A stretch of 64,000 nucleotides of DNA from Octopus sinensis (GCF_006345805.1 NC_043006.1:88722001-88786000), one strand, 5' to 3'. Shown: positions 38,329 through 51,588, counted from the first letter of the stretch. The notes: generated from the letters alone by a model not told the origin. A program made the numbers and translations.

Positions 38329-38417
38329 TTTAGCTGATGAGTACGGGACACGTTTATATGCTGTAATTTTTACAACTTTTAATAAAGCCTGTCCTTGTAT
38401 GAAACGATTGTACTAAA
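38329..38417 (+). ncRNA. Type I hammerhead ribozyme
   Basis: tttag-CTGATGA-GTACGGGACA...TGTCCTTGTAT-GAAA-cgattg-TA-ctaaa; GUA triplet. Confidence 0.78.
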
Positions 38418-38563
38418 AACCTATCCATTCTTGTTGCTTCTTTCTCGCTTATAATCACCCCACATTACTGTATTGTTAAAACAGTATAGTTTTTTTTGGT
38501 GCATCTAAGTTAGGTACCATATCAAGTAAATTCATTTAAATTAACTTGAATCTTTATTGCTTT

Positions 38564-38595
<32 letters not shown>

Positions 38596-38957
38596 ATATA
38601 ATCAATTAAGTAAACACAAGATGGAATTGGTATAACTCTTTATTTTATACGATAATCGTTTCGACCTATCCTGCGACTCTCCTTTATGAGTGGGATGCTG
38701 TGCATCATATGGCGTTGCATCAATTTTGCAATCTGGGTCACATCAGGTACACTCATACATAAATGATTAGTCGAAACGATCGTCGTACAAAATAAAGAGT
38801 TATAGTAATTCCTTCTTCTTTAATTACTGAATTCCTGAAGTGGATCCAACGGAAATATACCCCGACTGCGGATGACACCAGGTGGCCCAAACAATGCCAG
38901 TGCTTTACTCAACGCATATACACACTAATTGACATATACTCATTAGTCCAAAATAAC

Positions 38958-38989
<32 letters not shown>

Positions 38990-38993
<4 letters not shown>

Positions 38994-41350
38994 AGAGCAA
39001 TAAAGATTCAAGTTAATTTAAAAAAATTTACTTGAATATGGTACCTAACTTAGATGCACCAAAAAAAACTATACTGATTTAACAATACAGTAATGTGGGG
39101 TGATTATAAGCGAGAAAGAAGGAGAATGAAAATATCAGTGATATCTATAACAATAATATACAGTTGGATAAAAAGACTAACAATAATAATAACATTACGA
39201 ATAATATAAGAAATCTTGGTAGGACTTTACACCTAAATGATGAAACAGAAGGATCAATAAATAATAACAATACTTTAGATATCAGCACCAACTATAGAAA
39301 TGATAATCAAAATAATAGGAACCTTAAACATATACCCAGGAATAATCCAAGGCCTGAAGTTGTTCCTCCTGTGTGTAAGTGTAGAATAAAATCAAAATGC
39401 CCGGCACCTGGTCTATGTAGGGAAAATAATGTAATCTATAAATGTACCATATCCATGGAGAATAACAAATATTTTTACATTGGCTGTACAATTAATTTTT
39501 TAGCCAGAGTTTAGAAATCACATCTCGACTTTTAAATTACGTCATAAAGCTGGTACCACCACACTTTCAAACAAAATCTGGGAACTCAAAATAATAATAA
39601 AAATTATACCCTTAATTGGGAAATAGTTAGGAGAGCAATTCCGTATAAAAATAGTAGGGTTGGTTGTCAACTATGCTCCATGGAGAGGTACGAAATTCTA
39701 AAACATAGTAAACATAGAAACTTATTGAATAACATATCGAACTAGGTCAAGTTTTGTGTCCACGCTAAATTGAAGACTTTAAAATATTTTAATGATTGGA
39801 ATATTCATAACTAGATAGATAGATATAACTTGATTTCTACTAGTATAGCACTGCTTTAAGTAGATAACTAAGAGTTCTCACATTACAGTTATCTTTATCT
39901 TTTTCCTTATATCTGCATCAGTTTTTTGAGAACAGGGAAATGAATAGTACTTATTCGCTACTTAATTGAGGCTTTATTTAATTTCAAACTCACAATTTTT
40001 AATTTCTTAATTTTAAATCTTAATTGTAATATTTAATTTTAATTCCTAACTTAATCTAATTTAAATAGCATAACTCTAATAATTTAATTAGTTACTGTAG
40101 CCCCATAATTCTATTTCATAATTAAATAATAAGGCTATTCCCTCGGTGATAATATGATTATCTTCATTATGATAGACAATCCCCTAACACCTTGTAAATG
40201 ATCTTATAAGATTTGACCTGTAGTCAGTCAATGTATGAATAATAACGACAACTCCTTAAGACAATAAAATGAATAAATTAAATAAGTAATTTTTTAATGA
40301 CTTTTTGATAAGATTACTTAGATTTTCCTAATGTATTTTCTGGTGATTTTAGCATCTGACCCCTTAACCCCTGACTATGTTATCTCTTTAGATTCTCTTT
40401 AAACTCATAGCTGATTTCAACAGCAATAATTAACGGTTTACTGGTCAAAGAATAATATTCTCTTCTAGTTCCTAGATGCCTGTTGATTAAAACCAGACTT
40501 ACAGTCTACTAACTCTTCTGTATAACTAGAACCCTCTTTTTTTTCTTTTTCTTTTTTCCCTTCTTTCCCTATTTCTTTCTCTTTTCTCTTTTTCTTTTTC
40601 TTCTTCTTATTCTCTGTTTCCTTTCTCTTCTCTTTTAGTCCCCCTTCCCCCCCCCTTTTGCTCCCTCCTCCATTATTTTCTCTCTTTTCTTCTATTCCCT
40701 TCTCTATTCTTGGCCGATCTAGTAAGCCCTTCAGCCTTTAAGAGTTAAATAGCTACAGCCTCTTGTGAATAGCAGTAATGTGATTAATGTGGCAAATACC
40801 TAATCATATAACAAGGATTGATACCTACCTCATTGTGTTCAACCATTGTAAAATTTATCGCCTGTGAATATGAAATTCATCTCCATTTCTCTGGAAATTT
40901 ACATCTACACCATTGAATCTGTGCATATATACAAAGGATTAATTCACCCTCTCTGTAATGCTAATAAGCAGAATTGAGACCCACCTCGTTGTAATTAACA
41001 ATGGATAAATTTGTCTTCTGTGAGTATATAATCCCTCATCATATCTATGGAAATTCATATGGATTAGGTTCACCTTCTCTGTGATGCTATCAAAACTTTT
41101 TTAAATTCTGTGATAAGACTGTACATCATCTTTAAGAACTTTAATGAACTTTAGAAATCTGTTTAATTATCTACATTACTTCATGAGTATACCTCAAACA
41201 CTAGGATGTCTAGAGAACTTACATGTATTTTAGCTGATGAGTACGGGACTCGTTTATATGCTGTAATCTTTGCAACTTTTAATAAAACCTGTCCTTGTAT
41301 GAAACGATCGTACTAAAAACCTATCCATTCTTGTTGCTTCTTTCTCGCTT
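38990..41350 (+). mobile_element. 5'-truncated Penelope-like element: inverted pLTR segment, GIY-YIG endonuclease remnant, long 3' region, HHR-bearing pLTR
   Basis: 38995-39110 is the inverse of 38449-38566. EN remnant at 39370-39790: CKCRIKSKCPAPGLC...VIYKC...YFYIGCT...TTLSKQIWELK...CQLCSMERYEI...VHAKLK. pLTR at 41215-41350; (TA)n on both sides. Confidence 0.82.
41228..41318 (+). ncRNA. Type I hammerhead ribozyme with palindromic stem III (ACGATCGT)
   Basis: ttttag-CTGATGA-GTACGGGAC...GTCCTTGTAT-GAAA-CGATCG-TA-ctaaaa. Confidence 0.82.
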
Positions 41351-41404
41351 ATATATATATATATATATATAATATATATATATATTATATACTATATATA
41401 TAGA

Positions 41405-44400
41405 ACCATGAAAAAACACCAAATAACGCCAACATGAAATATGTATCCTCTGACCAAGTGGCAAACCAAACAAGTAACTCTTTTTTACTGACATACCTGG
41501 AAAATATGAAGGCCGACCTAAGCCAGGAGATCCGCGAGCTATCACCAACCATCTATGCAAATCACAAGGACCACTCACCCATTACCAACTTCCCTTACCT
41601 CGACATTCCTGTTAAATGTACGTGGCATCAACCCATCAATTATTGCCCAAAAATGGAAGATCCCATATATAGAGAGTTGGCTTGCCGAAATGGCACATTG
41701 CTTCCCTTTCTTTATCCTTACCGAGACTCACCTGAACAACACCCATATGGACGCAGAGGTGAAAATAAAAGATTTCACCATTGTTCGTGCGGATCGCACA
41801 GACCGAAATAAGGGAGGGACAGCCATCTTTATCCATGACTCCTTTTCACTTGATGCCAAGGACATATTTTCCAATGGCTACTGTGAATCGGTATCACTAT
41901 ACAACAAAGCCAAGGACATAACCATTGTGGTCTTTACAGGCCTCCCCAGGCACCTCTAAAGTACTTTGAAGAGTGCCTTAGCAAAGTCCAGTCCTTCCTT
42001 CGGAAGTACCACTCCGGAAACATACTAGTGATGGGTGATTTTAACCTCCCTCATGTGAACTTGCCCACAAATACTCTGAAGTTAGGCAGGTGCTCTACAT
42101 CAGATAGAGCAGCAGCAGAACTGCTCTTTAATCTGATGGATGAGTATTCCCTGACTCAGCTAGTGCTTGAACCAACGAGACAGAATAAAACGATCTTGGA
42201 TCTGGTATTGACCAATCACCCTAGCTACGTTCACAGCATTTCAGTCGAAAAAACTCTCCTCTCAGACCACGACATGGTACTCTGCAATCTTAATTCCCGA
42301 CATATAAAAACCAAACCAGCCAATCCCACTCCATGGCACCCATTTGACAACATAAACTTCCACAAAGCGGACTGGGGAACATTCAGAAAGGATCTGTCTT
42401 CCATCGACTGGCTTTTACTCTCAATTCCTCTCATATTGAGACCGCGTGGCAGCACTTTGAAAACATTGTCACCTATACATGCTCTAAACACGCTCCCAAG
42501 AAATCTACTAACACAACAGAAACCGGCTCCCTAAAAAGAAAAAACACTCATCAGGCGCATCAAAAGACTCAACAAAAAATCAACCAATTAAAATATTCCC
42601 ACACACAACATCCACATTCAACAACAATGAAAAGACTAGAGCTGAAAAACTTCATCTGCAGACTAACATGAAAACCTCCATTGAAAATCAAAGAGCTGTG
42701 AGGAACAATGGGTAATCAAAAACATCAAACAGAACCCAAAAGTGTTCTATTCTTATGCAAATAAGCATAGAACCACTGTCTCACCCATTGGGCCATTGAT
42801 TGATGATAACGGCATTCCCCAACACGATGCTAAAGAAATGGCAGAAATACTGCAAAACAATACTGCTCTGTCTTCAGTGTTCCCACTGATATTGACGTGA
42901 GGGAACGAACGAAGTTGACTCCCAACACAAAATCTCAGACATAACCTTCACTGCCACCGACATCGTAGCAGCAATAAATGAGGTCAAACATTACTCTGCT
43001 GTAGGCCCTGATAGATTTCCCGCTAGTCTCCTGAAGGAATGTAGATATCAACTTGCAGTCCCTCTGACCAACCTCTGGAGAAATTCGTTAGACACAGGTT
43101 ATATACCGAAACAGTTTCTATCCCAGTCGGTCATCTCGGTTTTCAAACAGGGAAACAGATCCCTCGCAGTCAACTATCGCCCAATCTCACTCACCTCCCA
43201 CATCATTAAAGTGTTTGAAAGAGTGTTAAGATCAAGGATAGCTGACTTCCTGGAGACCCACAAACTCCTAAATTCAAATCAGCATGGCTTTCACTGTGGC
43301 AGGGACTGTCTAACACAGCTCTTACACCACATTGAAGATGTACTCAAAGCCTTGGGAACAGGTTCGAACTCTGACGTCATATATCTTGACTTCAGTAAAG
43401 CGTTCGACAGGTAGACCATAACATCCTACTCTCAAAATTGGCAAATGTTGGAATCCGTGGAAAAGTTCTACACTGGATTAAGTATTTCCTGGCGAATAGA
43501 ACACACATGTTGTAGTTGATGGAAGTCCACTCAAACCCAGCAAAAGTCACCAGCGGTGTTCCCCATGGAACTGTTTTGGGTCCGCTACTCTTCATAATTT
43601 ACGTAAACGACCTTTTCAGTGTCGTACATTACTGCAAAGTGAAAATATTCACTGATGACACTAAGCTCCAGCAATGCTGTGAGTCAATGGGCAGACAGAA
43701 CACAAAATGCAACTGAATGAGGGAAAATTTGAGCTGATGCATTTTGGAGAAATTCCTCACTAAAACACCATACTCTTCTTCCTTCAGGGAACCGCTCACA
43801 GCCTCTAACAATATCAGAGACCTGGGTGTAATTGTTGATGACGATCTCAGTTGGAGTGCACACATCAACAAGAAGGTCGATATAGCTCGTAGGATGAGTT
43901 CCTGGACCTTAAGAACTTTCCGGTCCAGAGAACAAGGTGTCATCAGACCACTTTGTTCCTCCTTTGTACGGCCATACCTTGAATACTGCTGCCCACTGTG
44001 GTCTCCTCACACAAGACAAAACATCTCCAGAATTGAGTCACCCCAGAGGGCTCTCACTAAACAAATTGAAGGCATGGCTGCTCTCGATTATTGGGATCGC
44101 CTTAAAGCCTTGAAACTTTACTCCCTCCAGCGTCGCCGTGAGCGGTACATCATTTGTACGATGTGGAAAATATACCGCCAACTTTGCCCAAACGACCTAA
44201 ACATTAGCTTCAAGGTTCATCCAAGACTTGGACCACGGGCTATACGTCCCCTGCCAAATTCAAGATCACAACATACATGTACACTGCAACATAATTTCTT
44301 TCCCTCAACAGGCCCTGCCCTATTTAACATTGTCCCGAGGGAGATCAAAGAGGAAAAGGATCCCATCAACTTTAAACAGAGTCTGGATAGATTCCTTCAA

Positions 44401-44572
44401 AGAATACCAGATAAGCCACCCATAATTGGATACAACTCACCCAACAAGAACTCACTACTTGAACAAAACTTGACTTAAACAGGATTCGAATAATCCTATC
44501 AGGTGGTGCTATTAAGTTAGACATGGCCTGGACCAATCTCTGGTCGAAACATATCTAAGTTTATCTAAGTTT
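41405..44572 (+). mobile_element. CR1-clade LINE: ORF1 end plus near-complete, frameshifted ORF2 (APE + RT) and 3' tail
   Basis: APE: LNVRG, ILTETHL, RADRTDRNKGG, MGDFNLP, LDLVLTN, SDHDMV. RT: [60 protein letters not shown]. Tail (tatctaagtt)2. Confidence 0.92.
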
Positions 44573-44711
44573 ATACGACTTATAAACAAGGGCAAAAGAA
44601 AGTTGTTTATAATTTTAACCATAAAGGTATTTTGATATGCTGCCACTTTTTTGATGAAATTTTTTCTGTAAAAAAACTTCATCCTATATTAGTAGTATAT
44701 ATATATATTCG

Positions 44712-45360
44712 AATATGAATTTGAAGCCACGCAAGTGTTGTAAACATTATCGAACATGCATACAAAATGTATGCGCTGTGCTTGTTTGCCGGTCGGTTGC
44801 GATTTGACGCGTTGGATATGACTCTCTCAAAACGCCGGGTGTTAAAACACCTGAAAATCATAGTCATGGACAGATGAGGCACGTTACCTCAATTCTTATT
44901 CTGAAGCGATGGACTGTGATGTTTCGCCGTTTTTGTGGCTTATCGGCATCACGTTCCTGAAGAGAACTTGGTCCAAATTAAATTCCTTGTCCATGACTAT
45001 ATATAGCGGTGTAAAATCCATCTGCTGACATGCTCTAACGATGCATACGTAGAGGAATAAATTCAAAATATGAATTAGAAGCACGTGTTGTAAACATTAT
45101 AGAACACACATACAGAATGTATGTACTTTGTTTGTTCACTGGTCGGCTGCCATTTGATGCGTTGGAAATGACTCTCATAGCGCCGGTTTATTACATAATA
45201 TTTACACCGTAATTTTGATAAACCACAAAAATGGAGAAACATCGATGTCCATCGTTCCTGAATTGGACTTGGGATGAGTCGTCTCACCTGGCTATGACTT
45301 TCAGGTGTTTTCCCACCCGGCTTTGAGAGAGAGTCATCTCCAACGCGTCAAATTTTCGGC
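44712..45360. mobile_element. Decayed ~355-bp tandem unit plus inverted segment, each with a hammerhead-like remnant
   Basis: aatatgaat..gtgttgtaaacattat repeats at 44712 and 45067; about 45200-45360 inverts part of the unit. HHR remnants at 44906-44952 (-) and 45210-45255 (+). Confidence 0.65.
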
Positions 45361-45954
45361 AGGTCCTCGTATATTGCTATATTCAGTTGGAATTTCCCTT
45401 AATACCCAATATTTTTAAGGTAATATAACTGTGGTATTTGGACGATGAGATTTTTGTATTTGGATTTGTATGGGTGTGGTTAATAAGTGTAGCAACAAAA
45501 GTAGAGTAACCTTCAGTATAATGTAGCTCTTCGTAACGCTATGTTTATTAAATATCTAGCGAAACACATGGTCTACTGTAAAATGTGAATTATACGGAGT
45601 GACATTTTAATTGATAATATGGTATGACCTTCCTTTTTTTCTATTTTTATACACATTTATATTGTTCTGTCATGGTACATAATGTATTATCCATTTCCGT
45701 ATATTAATACTGTTGTGAGGTGAAAGATATTTTGTTAGAGAATATAATTCGTTACTACTGTTACTAGGGTAGCTTTTGAAAATAGCTGAAGAGAGTTAAT
45801 GTATTTGTGAATGTCTAGTAAGGATTCATTGTAATTTTAATTTCTCAATCAATTAGAATTTATACTGGTCAGAGTTTAGGTTTAGAGTTATGTTATTTAT
45901 TAACAATACTGATATAAACGCTAGTGCTGGTTTTTAAATTAAATTATTCCAACG

Positions 45955-46185
45955 TGTCAATTAAATTTTTCTAACCTTATCTGTTTGATGGCTATACTGA
46001 ATACGAGAGAAGATCAGTCCGTCATCTCTGAAGAGTCCTAGCGGCAATGGGTCAAACCTTGTTTGGTATGAGTCTAGAATAAGGAACCCTATTAAAATGC
46101 ATATTTTAGTTCCATCAAAACACTTCATATGAATGTCGAATATTTGTCTCTCAGCATATGACACAGTATGAATCAGCAAAGAAAT
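45955..46185 (-). pseudogene. Penelope-like RT fragment
   Basis: FDIHMKCFDGTKICILIGFLIL...LGLFRDDGL, matching PLE MGSFDGAE..L.G and GLYRDDGL motifs. Confidence 0.7.
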
Positions 46186-46699
46186 TTTTTTTCTTTGGTG
46201 GATTTGTCACTAATTATATTACCTCAACGACAAAATCTCTAAGGTGTTTTGTAGGAGTAGTCTGGTTATGAGAGGCAGAATTCTATTATATCAAATTATG
46301 TAAATTTCCAGTTATGTTTACTGTTTATATCACTAAACTATTTAATAACTGAAATGTCATTATATGCCAACGGAAAATGTCGATGTCTGTCCTAATCTAA
46401 TACACTTTTAGTGATGTTAATAAATCGCCATTTGGGAGTCTGCTAAGAAATTATTTTTATGGTCTTCTAATGTTATATAAGGTTTACAAATTGCCAAACG
46501 CTCAACTCTTTTATTTGGGGGTCAGAGGTCAGATGATTTGTTTCTTTGTCAATTAAATTCTGTGTTAAGGGGGTTTGTTTTATCACAGTCTTCTGTAAAC
46601 GTAAACAATACTTCTCTATAATATACCCAGTTGAAGAGGGAAAAAAATCACATGATGATAATGGGGAGCAGGCAGTAGTGGTAGAGAGAGAATAGGAGG

Positions 46700-46774
46700 A
46701 GGAGGTGGACCACAATATGTATAACCATGGTGTTGCTGCTGGTACTGATTCTGCTGCTGCTGCTGCTGCTGATT

Positions 46775-46817
<43 letters not shown>

Positions 46818-47101
46818 GCAGGACGACAATGGTAATAGTAGTGGTGAGGGTGGTGGAGGTGGTGATGGTGGTGATGGTGCTGGTGCTGGTGCTGGTGCTG
46901 GTGGCGTTGTTGTTGGTGATGGTGATGATGATGATGGCAACAATAAAGACGACAACGATGATGGTGATGAGAATCATGAGGACAGTGGTAGTATTATTGG
47001 AAGTGGCTGTCATAATGATAATTGTTTTTGCTGTTATCATCATCATCATATTATTATTATTATTATTATTATTATTGTTATTATTATTATTATTATTATT
47101 A

Positions 47102-47133
<32 letters not shown>

Positions 47134-47215
47134 GTTATTATTGTTATTATTATTATTATTATTATTATTGTTATCACCATAGTCAATCATCATCATCACC
47201 ATCATTATCATTAAT
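46700..47215. repeat. Low-complexity (GAT)/(GGT)/(ATT) tract
   Basis: Directly visible. Confidence 0.9.
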
Positions 47216-47889
47216 ACGTGCAATGGTGGTAATTGTAGTGATAATGTTGGCAGTTGTGATGAGATATAGTGGAATAATATTCAGCCATCAGCATTCCTCT
47301 TGTCATAAGCATGTCACAACCATTTAATATGCACACGTATTTGTTTTTTTGTCTTTTGTTTTTACTTTTTGTTTGTTGTTTTTTGTTGGAGTTTTTTTGT
47401 TTTCTTTTGTATCGTCAGTTTATGTAAAGTCATCTGTTTTTGACAGCGAAGTTAATGGCTAATCTAGAAATCTTCGGGATATGTCAAGTACGTCACCTTC
47501 TCGCAGAACTGTCAACATTCCACTTGAATGATTATTGAGAAAAAGATGATTATATAACTGCAATTACATGGAACATTTTCTCTCTATTAATTGGAAGACT
47601 GGGTTCCGTTCTGCTGGTTACAATGATATTCGTTGTACAGAAAGAAGGAGAAAGAGACAGGGTCGAAGAAGGAGAGAAGGAGGGTACATACAGCTTCACA
47701 GGAAACTTCACATCATGTCTATCTCTATGATATGACATCTGTTATCTCATATTTTTGGTTTCACATTTTTCTTCAGATTGCATCTGCATTTCTTCAGTTC
47801 TGGGACCAAAAAGTAATTTTTCTAGATGTGCGTCAGTCGTACTGCAACTTCAGTTCTTTACAATAACAGCTTTCCATTAAGTTTCTGAC

Positions 47890-47944
47890 ATGTGTGTGTG
47901 TGTGTGTGTTTCTGTATAAAGAGACTGACTGCCAGACAGATGGG

Positions 47945-48029
<85 letters not shown>

Positions 48030-48217
48030 CATGTATGTATGTATATATATATACATATGTATGTGTATATATATATATATATATGTGTGTGTATGTGTGA
48101 TATGTTTAAAAGGTTATAATCTAAGCTGCAAATTCATGAAGCACATTGACATATTCCAGTACACCAAAGTATGTTTTATATATATATGCATGAGTACGTG
48201 TATGTATATAGATAGAC

Positions 48218-48299
<82 letters not shown>

Positions 48300-48314
48300 T
48301 AGATAGATAGATAG

Positions 48315-48412
<98 letters not shown>
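47890..48412. repeat. (TA)n and (TAGA)n microsatellites
   Basis: Directly visible. Confidence 0.9.
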
Positions 48413-48414
48413 TC

Positions 48415-49706
48415 CAGGGTGCGGTGAATAAATTGTCGTCTAAAAATGAAAATAATACTGACATCTCATTTCAACAGATATATTTACCAAAATTCCATTA
48501 AAAATATCTTGAAATATTAAAGAGTAAACTTATTCAATAAAATTGCCATTGTCTTCTACCACGGCCTCTAGACGACTTCGGAATTTCCTGCAACTCTTCT
48601 GGACGGTCTCTTTGTTTAAGATGGTGAATGCTACCATAATCGTTTCCTTCAGTTCATCATTTGTGTTACAAGGAATTTTTGTTGGCCTCTCGCTCAACTG
48701 CGCCCCAGACATACTAATCAAGGGGGATGGAACCTGGGGAGTTAGGTAGCCAGATGTTAGGAGTGATGTGGTCGCAGAAATTGTCTGACAGCTATGACTG
48801 GGTTCTCCTGCTTGTGTGACAAAGTGCAGAGTCCTGTTGCCAGACATAGGATTTTCCAGTAGCCACACTATTCACTCAGGGCAGCACTGCCTCCTCCAGG
48901 CACTTGATGTAGACCTTTGTGTTGAGTCTGAGGTCGTGTGGGAAGATGAATGGAGGCATAACGTCGCCATCACTAATGCTCACGCCAAACACCATGATGA
49001 TGACTGGATGTTTGATTTTAATTATCACGCTTGTTACATGTTTTGGGGTCACGGCAAGCGAACGGTTGTGTTCACCATCTGATCCTGTCAGATATTTTTC
49101 TCGGCTGAGAAAAACCAAGGCATGTTCGGTTGGAGGGGATGCTTGAGTTTGTTCAAAAGCTTCGTAGCACGGTCTTTCTTCTCGTCCTTGATGGCTTGGG
49201 ATAAAAATTGACCCTTTCTCAGCTCGTAGGAGGAATACCGAACGTCTTCACGCACTAACTGCCTGATAAGAAACTCAGGCACTCCATTATCCCTGGCAAG
49301 GGACCTGACTGACTTGGAAGGATACTTGTCAATTATGGCCTGGATCACACCAACAAATCCAGGAGTTCTTTTCTTATCAGAATGATCCGAGTGAGTTTTC
49401 CAAGCTGTCGTACCTTCTTAATCACCATTAGACTCATTCAACTTTTATCGGACCCTCTGCATTGTTCTCAGATTGACACCCAAACACTCTGAAATGTTCG
49501 TATTGGAGCTTCCGGCGCGAATGCCAAGTAGTACGGCATGTCTTTTTCAATTTTTTTGCACAGTTAATTGCATCATAGTGCTTTTTGCTCGCAGCCGGTG
49601 CCCAACTGACCCTACTATAATATGTAGTCGACAAAATCAAAAACAAACAAAGCGCATGCACTAACATAAAAATATAAAATGGTAGCGATTTATCCATCAC
49701 ACCCTG
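48415..49706 (-). mobile_element. maT (DD37D) family Tc1/mariner transposon, degenerate
   Basis: TIRs cagggtgcggtgaataaattg / cagggtgtgatggataaatcg. WFFSAEKN, DGDVMPPFIFP, and QQD followed 37 residues later by the D of SIPLD (DD37D spacing). Confidence 0.88.
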
Positions 49707-49731
49707 CATATTTGCATATACATAATACATG

Positions 49732-49770
<39 letters not shown>

Positions 49771-51263
49771 CAATCAATCATATATATATATATATATATC
49801 AGGTTCATTATTTTCACCATCATACATACCAGGCAACCTGTACGAGATAGCTTGGCCTGCTAAAATTAACAAACAAATCTTCTAGAAACTATGTTCTATA
49901 ATTATAACACTCGAATGACACTGATTAATGTACAACGTATTATTCAAGGCAGGATTGCTTCCATCATAGTTAAAGCAGCAAGATTCCATGTTCATGTTTC
50001 CTCACCTTTGTCTAATCCATGAACGTGCTGATCAAATTAGAGAATAACGATCATTTTAGCTAAAAGATGCAAATGTTGTTATTGTCATGGTAGTTTAGCC
50101 CCAGATCAGTCCTTTTTAAGCAGACCTATGTTCAAAAACTCTCCCGGCCTTTTACATATCTCGTATTACATTGCAGAACAGTAAAAAATATACAAGCCTT
50201 TCTTACAGTTTGGCATATAGCAATTATTGTATTTGTTATCCAGACCCCACTTATAGAGCTTTGTTGCTTTGTTAAGAACAAACACCTTCATTCTAAAAAA
50301 ATACTAAGAAATAAAAAATAGAAAAACACACAGACTTAGTAATTCATACATTCTGAACCACTGACATACATATCGTTAATAATTCAAGCCTTTAATATCC
50401 TGCCTTCTTTCGTTTTACTCTCCACCTCTTCCTCATTATTATTATCTATTATCAACCACAACAGCAGCAGTAGTGTCTTTACCTTCATTATCATAAACGT
50501 CATCATTTTATCTTCCATTTTCTCATTCTGATGTACATTGACGATTTTTGTTGTACTACCTGTCACTACTTTCTATAATGATTTGTAATATATAATCTCT
50601 ACTCTGTGAGACCCGAGATTCTAAGATCTTTCCATATCTTCTGCCTTCTTTGATTTTCCAATCCCAAAATTCATTAAACATAAACCCCAGTTTCACGCAT
50701 CAGCTATCATTGATTTTCATCATAGTCCCTTGCTAAATCAAGTCACCTCCCCAGCTTACATCGGCCGATACCATTCTCCTACCATATTTGTGTTGCGCAT
50801 TCTGTACATCATAATTACCATGACTACATATCATTTCACTTTTATTTGTGACTGTTATCATAGCTAAGATATAGTGAATTTCTGAACGGATCAAACCCAG
50901 TATTTATTTTACAGTCTAGAACTTATTCTATTGGTTTTTCTTTGCCGAACTCTAAAACTACGGTGACATAAACAGTCCAATACCGATTGCAAGCAGTAAT
51001 TGGGAGATATACACAAAATTCCTCCTGAAAGTGACTATATTCACCTACCCAACACTGGATGAAATACCATGGATTTTATAAATAATTTATGGGAAGCCTG
51101 TACCTTATTTCCCCTTGCTATGTCCACATTATTGTACTCTGCTGTCTTTCACTTGTATTCTTATTTTTGCTCTCATTCTTATTCTTACTCTATTTAAAAG
51201 GATAAGCACACCTTATCTATTCTTAACTGACTCTTATGTGTTAGCCCCCACAACTACTTAGAC

Positions 51264-51375
51264 CCTCTGAAGAAGCCTAGGGGCAAATCCATTATCTGTT
51301 CATCCACGCATAACATTGAAGTGATGGAGATAGCCTGGAAAATTTGGTTGCATCTTGGCAGAAACGGCCGTAAGG
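51264..51375 (+). ncRNA. Type I hammerhead ribozyme-like motif
   Basis: cct-CTGAAGA-a-gcctag...cttggc-a-GAAA-CGGCCG-TA-agg; palindrome ACGGCCGT; stem I only 3 bp. Confidence 0.6.
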
Positions 51376-51588
51376 AACTAGTACCTCCACACCCATTTAT
51401 ATTTTTATTCATTTGTTCCTATATACTTGTTTATATTCACACCCTTGTCTATGCAGTAACCATCTTTTTCCACTCGCTAATCTGTATCACTCATACATGT
51501 GTGTGTATTCATCCTTTACAATTGAATAAAAAGACACTAGAATGTTTACTGATGTCTGTCGATTTTATATCCTCTCCGTTTTCTTACT

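Larger units (their letters stand above)
38193..38448. repeat. Near-perfect palindrome (120-bp arms, 16-nt spacer) of a PLE pseudo-LTR
   Basis: 38193-38312 is reverse-complementary to 38329-38448; the arm is also homologous to 41229-41348. Confidence 0.95.

Noticed and set aside
46648-47327. ORFs encoding D/G-, N- or L-rich proteins
   Set aside because: Products of (GAT), (GGT) and (ATT) simple repeats, open in several frames at once.
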